A model generated the notes under the pieces. That model was not told the DNA's origin and made no database searches. It saw nothing but the letters and a program-made list of their open reading frames with translations. A DNA stretch of 64,000 nt from a virus (taxonomy: Duplodnaviria > Caudoviricetes). Numbering within the stretch: the first letter of the stretch is position 1; each line of letters opens with the position of its first letter. Positions 1 to 9,421 of this stretch are shown piece by piece. A program made the translations under genes and the position numbers. Where the stretch lies: positions 1 through 64,000 of the IMG/VR virus record IMGVR_UViG_3300049009_000874. One strand, written 5' to 3'.

Positions 1-1267
<1,267 letters not shown>

Positions 1268-1331
1268 AATTTCCTCCTCCAATTATTTAGGCTAAACGCC
1301 TCTAAATAAAAAATTATTTCACAATAAATGG

Positions 1332-1360
1332 TTGACCTTTTCACGCAACTCATAGATAAT
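1332..1360 (+). promoter_or_regulatory. Sigma70-like promoter for uvsW
   Basis: TTGACC-17 nt-GATAAT, 19 nt before ATG 1380. Confidence 0.5.
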
Positions 1361-1379
1361 TGCGCTCCAAGGAAAAAAC

Positions 1380-2816
1380 ATGGAAAAAGACACGATACTC
1401 ATAATAGAGAACGATTTCTGCCAACTCATAACGACCAACGGAAAGCTCAAGCACACCCTCTGGGACTGCCTTCGTTTTCGTGAACGCAACTATTTCCACA
1501 GCAGGCTCTACAAGCAGAAACTGTGGGACGGCTACACCGAGTTCTTCAAGAAGGAAACCGGTAGATTCCTCACGGGGCTACTTCCGGAGGTCAAGGCGGC
1601 GATGAAACACTTCGAGATAGACGCCGAGGTGAGGGACAACAGGACGAAGATCGATTTCAGGCACGACGAGATAAACCACAGCTTCCTCAACTCGTGGCTT
1701 CCCGAGGGCATGGACAGGATAACCCTCCACGACTACCAGGTGGAACTCATAAACCAGTCCATAAAGCACCGTCGCGGAGTCGTCTACGCCCCGACGAGCG
1801 CGGGCAAGACCTTCATCATGCTCGGCATACTCAAGGCTCTCCCGCCGAACACGCCGACCCTCATCCTGCAGAACAGGGTCGGTCTGGCTGAGCAGAACTA
1901 CTCCGAACTGTCCAAATGGGGGTTCGAGAATCTCGGAAGGCTGTGGGGCGGTAAATTCGATCCGAACATCGTGACCGTAGCCAGCGTCCAGTCCGTCGAG
2001 AAGATAGAGAAGGAGCTCCCAAAGATAAAAGTCCTGATAGTCGACGAGATACACGACATGATGTCCGCGACCCCGAAGGGCGTCTACAAGAAGCTCAAGG
2101 GCGCCGGCATACGCATAGCGATCAGCGCCACCCCGTTCAAGTTCGGCGAGACCGACAAATGCCAGAAACACCTCGTGAAGGGTTTTTTCGGACCGGTGCT
2201 GAAGATAAAGTCGGCGGAGGGCGGCGTGCTGACTACCGCGAAACTGCAGGAGCGTGGCATACTCTCGTCCAGCAAATGCGTTTTCTACCCGGTAAGCGAA
2301 CCGAGGATACCGCACGACATATACATCGACGCCGTCACCAGGGGCATAGCCCAGAACCAAATGCTCAACGACATGGTGACCAAGATAGCCAAGAAGTGTT
2401 CGGGAAGGACGCTCATACTGGTCGACCGCATAGCCCACGGGGACAAGCTCAGCGAACTCATACCAAACTCGCTCTGGGTGCAGGGGAGCGACAACTCCGA
2501 GACCAGAAAGAAAGTCATATTGGAGCTGCAGAAGTCCAAGAAGTCGGTTGTCGCCATAGCGACCCAGCAGATATTCAACACGGGCATAAACGTCTACTGC
2601 CACAACCTCATAAACGCCGCCGGGGGTCAGGCTGACCACCAGATCATTCAGAGGATGGGAAGGGGTCTGAGGACGGCGAAGGACAAGGACGGGCTCAGCT
2701 ACTACGATTTCACGTTCGACATAAACCCATACCTCCTGGAACACAGCAACAAGAGGATATCCATCCTGAGGAAGGAAGGTCACGAGGTCGACGTCCGCGA
2801 GGCTTTCGACCTATGA
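1380..2816 (+). CDS. uvsW: UvsW-like superfamily 2 DNA helicase
   Basis: LHDYQ Q-motif, APTSAGKT, DEIH, SAT, QRMGRGLR; N-terminal WDG segment typical of UvsW. Confidence 0.85.
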   Translation: MEKDTILIIENDFCQLITTNGKLKHTLWDCLRFRERNYFHSRLYKQKLWDGYTEFFKKETGRFLTGLLPEVKAAMKHFEIDAEVRDNRTKIDFRHDEINHSFLNSWLPEGMDRITLHDYQVELINQSIKHRRGVVYAPTSAGKTFIMLGILKALPPNTPTLILQNRVGLAEQNYSELSKWGFENLGRLWGGKFDPNIVTVASVQSVEKIEKELPKIKVLIVDEIHDMMSATPKGVYKKLKGAGIRIAISATPFKFGETDKCQKHLVKGFFGPVLKIKSAEGGVLTTAKLQERGILSSSKCVFYPVSEPRIPHDIYIDAVTRGIAQNQMLNDMVTKIAKKCSGRTLILVDRIAHGDKLSELIPNSLWVQGSDNSETRKKVILELQKSKKSVVAIATQQIFNTGINVYCHNLINAAGGQADHQIIQRMGRGLRTAKDKDGLSYYDFTFDINPYLLEHSNKRISILRKEGHEVDVREAFDL

Positions 2817-3124
2817 ACACCCCCGAATTCGAGAAGTCGTTCTACGACAGCCAGATAGATCTCATGTGCGAACGCTACTCGTCGGTGTTCAGGAAATGGA
2901 ACATGAAATGGGAAAGCTTCTTCTCCATGGTGTCCGTGAAGCTCAAGGGAAATCCGTACAAGACGTGGATATTCCTTTTCGGTCTCGAGCCGGTTCTCCG
3001 CGAGTGCGGCAGGATAAAGAACCGGTCCGACAGGGTGTCAGCCCTCAAGGCGACCACCCAGAAGAGGCTCATGTCCCTCACGAAGGGCGATGACGACATA
3101 AGGTTTTACATAAACAACATCTGA
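2813..3124 (+). CDS. Hypothetical protein
   Basis: 103-aa ORF, ATGA overlap with uvsW, genome-typical codon usage. Confidence 0.7.
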   Translation: MNTPEFEKSFYDSQIDLMCERYSSVFRKWNMKWESFFSMVSVKLKGNPYKTWIFLFGLEPVLRECGRIKNRSDRVSALKATTQKRLMSLTKGDDDIRFYINNI

Positions 3125-3175
3125 AGCATTGAAAAAAATCTCCCTCAAACCTTATAACTCTATGGGGGGGAAAAC

Positions 3176-3445
3176 ATGAGAAAAACGATAAACAAGATAG
3201 CCAAGAAGCATACCGAGGGCAAGTGCCAGCTGTGCGGCGAATCCGACTACGCAGTCCTGGACTGCCACAGGATAGTACCGGGGGAGGATGGCGGCGAGTA
3301 CAGCGACTTCAACACCGTGGTACTCTGCTCGAACTGCCACAGGAGAGTGCACGACGGTCAGATCGTAATGGACAGGAAGTACCAGACGCTGGAGGGTAGG
3401 TGGGTCCTGAGGTATACCGTCGGCGACGAGGAGAGGTGGGCTTAA
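3176..3445 (+). CDS. Small HNH endonuclease
   Basis: CQLCG...DCHRIVPGEDGGEYSDFNTVVLCSNCHRRVH. Confidence 0.85.
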   Translation: MRKTINKIAKKHTEGKCQLCGESDYAVLDCHRIVPGEDGGEYSDFNTVVLCSNCHRRVHDGQIVMDRKYQTLEGRWVLRYTVGDEERWA

Positions 3446-3742
3446 TCATCTCATCTCGAGCTGATCGGCGATCTGCTTGACTATGTCGAACACCGTGCCC
3501 GGCTTTTCCGAGTCTATCATCGACATGACGTCATCCCTCGATTTCCTCGTCAGGCTGGCGAAAGACCCCATCGACTTGATCCTAGCCTTGAGCGAGGCTG
3601 GGTCGAACACATCTATGGGGGTGTCCTCGGTTACTTTCGACGAGTCGCTTGTCTTGATGGCGGTAAGCGACGAGACGACCTCGTCCCTTACGTCCTCGAA
3701 GTCGGATCTCGACTCCAGCCACTGCCTGAATGTTTTTTCCAT
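3446..3742 (-). CDS. Hypothetical protein with capsid-targeting-like N-terminus
   Basis: Begins MEKTFRQWLE; ATAGATA motif 4 nt upstream. Confidence 0.7.
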   Translation of the reverse strand: MEKTFRQWLESRSDFEDVRDEVVSSLTAIKTSDSSKVTEDTPIDVFDPASLKARIKSMGSFASLTRKSRDDVMSMIDSEKPGTVFDIVKQIADQLEMR

Positions 3743-3796
3743 GACCTATCTATGGAACACGGGCGACAATTACGCCACAAACAACTATATAGATTT

Positions 3797-4603
3797 ATGG
3801 AAAAATACAGCTTCAGGAAATATGCCGAATGGGCGGATTACGGTTTCAACACCAAGGACGTCAAGGACGAGAAGGTCGTCGGAGGCACCAGGGATGTTTC
3901 CGGTCACAACCCCATGGACATAATACATTCAGGCAAGATAATATCCGAGATAACGGACGGGAAGGACATCGGCAACCTGGTAATGAACCACAGGTTCCAG
4001 AACTTGATCGAGTGGGGGTCGGAGCCCGGCGCGCTACAGATGCAGATCACGCCTCTCGGAAGCTACAAGATAATAACGAGAAGGATGATAAGCGACCTGC
4101 AGGGTCAACCCAAGTGGATATGCAAGAAGATATTCCCGCTAGAGGAAGACATCCACAACACCAGGGAGGAAGGCTACGCCTCCGAGGTCAGGGACTATCT
4201 GGAGTCGCTCAACGGGACGATGCTGGAAACCGCCAAGCCGAAGTTCGAGAAGTTCGACATGCTCTCAAGCAAGATGTTCGCGTCCGTGAGGAAGAACTAC
4301 CCTTCGTACATCATGTTCCCCATCGGCATGGTCAAGAAGAGCGACGACTACCACAAGTACGTGTTCGAGTTCAGGGGTCACGGGGCTGAGGCTCCCGGCA
4401 AGACCAGGGCGGAACAGTTCAACATAGACCTGTATTGGGACGAGAATGCTGGTCTGGTCAAGTGCTGGGGTTACAACATAGATTCGTCCATGCGCCACCA
4501 CACGTGGTACGTGCAGCCTTCCGAGTGGGATGAGTGGTTCGCGCCGTCGCAGGACCACAAGGAGATCATAGAGTCCGTTGTCGCCGCGTTCATGACATAC
4601 TAG
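3797..4603 (+). CDS. Hypothetical protein
   Basis: ORF 3752..4603; likely start MEKYSFRKYAE, 5 nt after CTATATA. Confidence 0.75.
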   Translation: MEKYSFRKYAEWADYGFNTKDVKDEKVVGGTRDVSGHNPMDIIHSGKIISEITDGKDIGNLVMNHRFQNLIEWGSEPGALQMQITPLGSYKIITRRMISDLQGQPKWICKKIFPLEEDIHNTREEGYASEVRDYLESLNGTMLETAKPKFEKFDMLSSKMFASVRKNYPSYIMFPIGMVKKSDDYHKYVFEFRGHGAEAPGKTRAEQFNIDLYWDENAGLVKCWGYNIDSSMRHHTWYVQPSEWDEWFAPSQDHKEIIESVVAAFMTY

Positions 4604-4611
4604 GAGTTCAA

Positions 4612-5058
4612 TTGAGAAGCCCATTCAACATCATCCTGTCGCTGGTCTGCCTTTCAATGCTCGTCATGGCGACCAAGAACAAGAACGAGATCAAGCTCAC
4701 GAAGGCGAACTCCGAGGGGCGTCCCGAAAAGCCGGCGGAGGCGACCTACCCAGGCATCATGGGGAAGGCGAAGTCCGAGGGTAGCCGAGTGGTCTTGGTT
4801 TTCGGGGCTGGATGGTGCGTATGGTGCCAGAAGCTGGAGTCCGAGACGCTGACCGCCTCGAGGGTGAAGTCCAAGATGGACGAGATGAAATTCCTCAAGC
4901 ACAAGGTCGACATCGAGAAAAACAAGGATATAGCCATGAGGTACAACGTCAAGTCCATCCCTGTCCTGATCCTGGTCGATGGCGACGAGAAGGTGGTCAG
5001 GAGGCATGATGGCTACATGAACGTCAAGGACACGGTTTCGTGGCTCGGCATCAACTGA
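4612..5058 (+). CDS. Thioredoxin-like protein with N-terminal hydrophobic signal/anchor
   Basis: FGAGWCVWCQKLE and YNVKSIPVLILVD; AGGAG SD before TTG 4612; hydrophobic IILSLVCLSMLVMA. Confidence 0.8.
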   Translation: MRSPFNIILSLVCLSMLVMATKNKNEIKLTKANSEGRPEKPAEATYPGIMGKAKSEGSRVVLVFGAGWCVWCQKLESETLTASRVKSKMDEMKFLKHKVDIEKNKDIAMRYNVKSIPVLILVDGDEKVVRRHDGYMNVKDTVSWLGIN

Positions 5059-5746
5059 ACTCGTTCGGGAAGGTTTTCCTGAAAAAGTCCCGGGCGTTAT
5101 CGTCGACCCCGTTCTCGTACAGCTTGATGTCGAAATTGAGCCTGGAAAGCATTTCCTCCCTGACCACCTTGGACATGAACGGCGACATCACCACGTAGTA
5201 TGGCGAGATCTTCCCGAAATTCATCCACCTGTACAGGGTACCGTCCGATTCAGCCTTCACGTATTCGGACATCGCCGGGCTTTCGCCGAGCTCCGCCTTC
5301 AGGAACGTCTTCGACTTCCTCAGGGCGTCGAGTATCTTTTGGTTCGAGACTTTCGAAGGCATGGCATCGGTCTTCATGTTGGCTATGGAGTCATACCTCC
5401 TCTTCCAGAGTTTCCACCTTCTCCAAGCCTTGTCGCCTATGAGGCATCCGGCGTCGACTGAAGGATGACCGTCGCCGATCTTGATGTTCTTGAGTATGTC
5501 TATCTGAGCCCTGATGTAGAGGTGGAACTCGTCGTCCTTCACGAGACCGCGGGTTTCCCTGATGAGCTTGTAGCAGAGCTTGAAAAGGTAGCTCTTCCTC
5601 GGGTCTCCCCTGCCCATGCCGGCGTTCTTGTAGTCGGGGAAAGCCTTGCTGCTCTTCTCGACCCAGATGAGACCGACCGTGTAGGCTAGCGATTCGGTCT
5701 CGTCCATCTTGTACTTGACTATGATCTTCTGCACTTCCTTGTCCAT
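5051..5746 (-). CDS. Hypothetical protein, divergent from the structured RNA/PolA locus
   Basis: ORF 5051..5776; AAGGAG SD before ATG 5746; C-terminal GKISPYY only weakly recalls gp59-like proteins. Confidence 0.75.
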   Translation of the reverse strand: MDKEVQKIIVKYKMDETESLAYTVGLIWVEKSSKAFPDYKNAGMGRGDPRKSYLFKLCYKLIRETRGLVKDDEFHLYIRAQIDILKNIKIGDGHPSVDAGCLIGDKAWRRWKLWKRRYDSIANMKTDAMPSKVSNQKILDALRKSKTFLKAELGESPAMSEYVKAESDGTLYRWMNFGKISPYYVVMSPFMSKVVREEMLSRLNFDIKLYENGVDDNARDFFRKTFPNEFS

Positions 5747-5873
5747 GGCAACTCCTTGTGCTATACAATATAGCACACTGCCTATGTTCTTGGCTACCGA
5801 TTTCGTTGGTCGGCGACATTTTTCTCATTGTTGAGAAAGCCAGCCACTTTATTTTATAAAACAAAATTAACCG

Positions 5874-5901
5874 TTGATTTCGTCGGGTTTCTTGGTATCT
5901 T
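5874..5901 (+). promoter_or_regulatory. Sigma70-like promoter firing into the ORF-free structured region
   Basis: TTGATT-16 nt-TATCTT with extended -10 TG. Confidence 0.55.
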
Positions 5902-5907
5902 AACCTT

Positions 5908-6445
5908 AACTTGTCACAGAAACCTTTGAGTAACGAAGACGGTAGCTTTCTCTACCACTTTGGATTCGGGAACTGAATGTACCCCAGCCCGGATCCGACT
6001 TCAGAAGAAACCTGAGCAGCCCTAACGGGTAAGTCTTTGTAGTAATTATTTTACGAATGGCGCCACGAGAGCCATTGTTATGCTCGGAATGCTAGGTAAG
6101 CCTTGGATAGAACAAAAAACGCCGACATCCGTTCTTGCAGACGAGGGAATGGACTAGCCAAGAGTTAGGACGCATAAACTGGTACTGTTGTTTTCGGTTT
6201 TAGGGTCGTCAACCCAAAGTTACGTTCCGTTTCGCGTTGTTTGGTCCGGAAAGCGAAAGAACAAATGTTTTTTTACTTGAAGGCGAAACAATGACGACGC
6301 GTATCGTCTCATTTCGTTTGTCGATCCAACTTGGCGGTATTTTGGGTTGAATGGTGTAGGATATGTTTAAACACAGAGCATTCCATTCGATTCAGATGTA
6401 GAAACAAGAGGATTCAAAGGGAATCCATATGTCTTTTACACTGAA
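5908..6445 (+). ncRNA. Candidate large structured non-coding RNA, family unknown (3' end may be at the T7 run 6268-6274)
   Basis: No listed ORF; many complementary arms, several with G-U pairs on the + strand: 5941-45/5952-56, 5962-70/5988-96, 5997-6001/6031-35, 6056-61/6071-76, 5928-36/6076-85, 6128-34/6147-53, 6410-15/6421-26. Confidence 0.55.
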
Positions 6446-6563
6446 CAAGATACAACACTAAGTCGGCACTCGTTTTATGGTAATTAAAGACAAACTTGGT
6501 AGGAATATACCAATTTGGCTGAATAGTGTTTGTTTTGCGACGATTATCGTGTATCATCCCATC

Positions 6564-7898
6564 ATGTTGCTAACAAACGAAACACAGATGATCTCGGCTC
6601 TAGCCGAACTTGACGCCGAAGGGGTCGTTTACTTCTCCTGCAGCGACGAAATACTCGACTTCACGGACAAGTCGAGGCATGGAGCCTATACGGTGGCTTT
6701 GTCTTCGAAAAAGGGCGTATACGAGTTCCTGGTGCATGACGAGTGGGCTGTTAGGTTGTTCGTGAAGGCTGCGTCGATGACCGTATTCACCAAGGGCAAG
6801 AAGGTCATAGCCTGGGACTGGAAGAATTTCTGCAGCTTCTGCCTCGGGAGACACGGCGTCAAGGTGGTCGTCGAATGCTCCCTGATCGACCTGAAGATAA
6901 TCGAGCATTACGTCGGGTTCAGGAACGAAAAGCCGAAAACGGTCGGCGAGTGCACGAGGCGTCTCAGGTCGGTCGTCGAGTCCGGGTGCTGGGACAAGCT
7001 CCAGGTCGTGTACAAGAGCGTCTACCTTCCCCTCGCCTGCGAGGTTCTCCCGTGCATGGAGACGATAGGCATCCTCGACAGGGAGAAGCTCCACGCCCAC
7101 TACGACATAGCCGGTCAGGAGAACGGGAGGCTGCTCTGCTTCAACGCGTACTCCAGGGGTTACGTGCCGCATGTCCTGACGCAGGAGCAGAAGGAATGCC
7201 TCAAGCCGATAGCGCTGGACCAGCTGTTCGTGTACCTCGACTACAGGAGCATGGAGGTCAGGGTTCTGGAGTGGCTCACGAAGGACGCGGAACTCACGAA
7301 GGCTTGCGAGTCGCCTGACATATACAAGGCTCTGTACGAGACGGTCACCAAGAACGCCTGCGACTCGCCCGAGAAAAGGTCGTTCTGCAAGTCGTTTTTC
7401 CTTCCCGTGTTCTACGGCATGTCGCCGTCCACCCTTTCGGAGAGGCTTGGCGTGTCGCAGTCCACGTCCGAGTCCATAGTGGACAGGGTCAGGAAGATAT
7501 TCCCTACGGCTTACGGTTGGGTCGAGAGGCAACAGGCGGAAGCCAAGGAAGCCGGCTTGTCCACGGATCTTTTCGGCAGGAGGAGGGTTCTGGAGGACAA
7601 GCACTACAGGGCTAGGAACTTCGCGGTCCAGTCGCCGGCGGCTCTGTTCTGCCTGAAAAAGCTCGTGCACCTGCACGAGTCATTGAAGGGCAAGGGTTCC
7701 GTCGCTTATAATGTGCATGACGGATACATGATCTATTCCAGCAGGGAGAATGTCAGGGAGGTGGTTCTGGCGGCGATGTCGGCTCTCCGTTCGGAGGACT
7801 CGGCGTTCCCGTCGCTGAGGATGGAGGTCTCCTGCTCCGTGGGCAGGCGGCTGACGGAGATGAGAGAGTTGAACGTCGCAAAAAAAGGAACAGCATGA
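6564..7898 (+). CDS. Atypical family A DNA polymerase: thumb deleted, degenerate 3'-5' exonuclease
   Basis: Motif A DYRSMEVR, motif B RSFCKSFFLPVFYG, FGRRR, NFAVQS, motif C VHDG; ORF open from 6477, likely start 6564. Confidence 0.8.
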   Translation: MLLTNETQMISALAELDAEGVVYFSCSDEILDFTDKSRHGAYTVALSSKKGVYEFLVHDEWAVRLFVKAASMTVFTKGKKVIAWDWKNFCSFCLGRHGVKVVVECSLIDLKIIEHYVGFRNEKPKTVGECTRRLRSVVESGCWDKLQVVYKSVYLPLACEVLPCMETIGILDREKLHAHYDIAGQENGRLLCFNAYSRGYVPHVLTQEQKECLKPIALDQLFVYLDYRSMEVRVLEWLTKDAELTKACESPDIYKALYETVTKNACDSPEKRSFCKSFFLPVFYGMSPSTLSERLGVSQSTSESIVDRVRKIFPTAYGWVERQQAEAKEAGLSTDLFGRRRVLEDKHYRARNFAVQSPAALFCLKKLVHLHESLKGKGSVAYNVHDGYMIYSSRENVREVVLAAMSALRSEDSAFPSLRMEVSCSVGRRLTEMRELNVAKKGTA

Positions 7899-8458
7899 AA
7901 AGCATATGTCAGTCCTTCCCGATAACGCACATGGAGTTCGAGGAGTTGAACAAGAGTTTCGGGAAGCTTTGCTTCTACGCAGCCCACCAGCTCCAGAAGA
8001 AGAATTCCAAGAACAACTACACCGACGACTTCGACGACATAAACCAGGAGCTCCAGCTATCGATAGTCCGCGCCGGGTCGTACTACAAGAGGCAGATATA
8101 CATAGAGAGGTGTTTCGAGGTCGTCTACGAGTACAATTCCGACCCGTTCCTTCTGGAGGTCGCGAACAAGCTCAGGGACCTGTGGACGAACCGCACGAGG
8201 CACGGAGCCAACCGCCAGAAGTTCGGAGCAAGGCAGGAGGTCATGCTCGAGAGGATGGTCATCAGGACCGTGCCGAGGGGCAAGAGACCCGACAGGATGT
8301 CGCCGCTCACCATCGACACCAAGTTCTCGACGTATTGCAAGGCTATAGTCTGGAACGGGCAGAAGAGCATGGGGAAGAAGATAACCAGGGAGAAGTCGAT
8401 AAGGAGCGGGCAGGTGTCGCTCTCGGAATTTGACTATTTGGGCTCAAGCGAATTATAA
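7895..8458 (+). CDS. Sigma70 region-2-like protein lacking region 4 (candidate phage sigma factor)
   Basis: DDINQELQLSIVRA resembles region 2.2 and TKFSTYCKAIVWN resembles region 2.3-2.4; ATGA overlap with polA. Confidence 0.55.
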   Translation: MKSICQSFPITHMEFEELNKSFGKLCFYAAHQLQKKNSKNNYTDDFDDINQELQLSIVRAGSYYKRQIYIERCFEVVYEYNSDPFLLEVANKLRDLWTNRTRHGANRQKFGARQEVMLERMVIRTVPRGKRPDRMSPLTIDTKFSTYCKAIVWNGQKSMGKKITREKSIRSGQVSLSEFDYLGSSEL

Positions 8459-8515
8459 TGAACAAGGGGCGGAGAAATAGGTTGCCGGGCTAAATATATA
8501 TCCTTTCAAGACCCA

Positions 8516-9382
8516 GTGATGCAGCCCTGCGCCCCTTTCTCAAACACATCCATGAAGATAGTATACATACTTAACGAGTTCGAGTTCTACCTGTCTCTGG
8601 CGGTGTGCAGCATGACCACGCTAAGGAGGTACAACCCCGACATCCCGGTCGAGGTGTTCTACGTCTGCGACAGGGGCGAGAACAACAGGAACCTCGGGCG
8701 TCTCCCTTCCGGGAACATGCCCAAGGTAACGAGGAACGAGTTCATGCAATTCTGTTCCGACAAAAACGTCACGGTGAGAATGGTGGAGGACCTGGACATG
8801 GGTTCCGAGTCCAGGTACGCGCCGGTCCAGAGGATGTGCCTGTCCTCCCTGGGGGACGAGAGGGTGATGCTGATGGACGCCGACACGTTCGTGTTCGGCG
8901 ACGTGTCTGCTCTTTTCGGTCTTCTGGACGACTGCGACTTCGTCGCCGACAAGAACAACTACGGGGAGAAGGCGACCATAACGCACAACGGCGTCTGCCT
9001 TCGCCCGTTCAATTCGGGGGTCACGCTTTGGGGCGGTGGCATGCTCCGGGAATACGCCAAGGTCGTGTACGACTACTGCCTCGCGCTCAAGGATAGGAGG
9101 CACTACCTCGGGGAGTGGCTTTACAAGGTTAGTCCCGACGCCATAGGTCGCGAGGAACTAGCCTGCACGCTCTTCGTGGCGGACAGGAAACTGAGGTTCA
9201 GGTATTTCTCCCAGTCCGAGGTCCAGACCGGAAATCACCAGGGCGACACGCTGATCTACCACACGCTCACGCAGAACTGGATGGAATCGTACTTCAGGCT
9301 GAGAGGGCACGTCTTCGGCGAGAGCCGAAACAAGCCGAACATCAAGCCCATGCTGGTATCTCGGAAAAAGCGCTTTACTTGA
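8516..9382 (+). CDS. Glycosyltransferase (GT8-like, GT-A fold)
   Basis: RVMLMDADTFV (DxD) and FNSGVTLW; start 8516, 8519 or 8552. Confidence 0.75.
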   Translation: MMQPCAPFSNTSMKIVYILNEFEFYLSLAVCSMTTLRRYNPDIPVEVFYVCDRGENNRNLGRLPSGNMPKVTRNEFMQFCSDKNVTVRMVEDLDMGSESRYAPVQRMCLSSLGDERVMLMDADTFVFGDVSALFGLLDDCDFVADKNNYGEKATITHNGVCLRPFNSGVTLWGGGMLREYAKVVYDYCLALKDRRHYLGEWLYKVSPDAIGREELACTLFVADRKLRFRYFSQSEVQTGNHQGDTLIYHTLTQNWMESYFRLRGHVFGESRNKPNIKPMLVSRKKRFT

Positions 9383-9421
9383 GACGTCATTTCTGATATT
9401 TTTTCCACACGGAGAAAAATC

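Noticed and set aside
5908-6445. tmRNA, RNase P RNA, tRNA cluster or group I intron
   Set aside because: No tRNA-like ends or CCA, no RNase P GAGGAAAGUCC, only vague P/Q-like words without convincing R/S elements, and no interrupted gene
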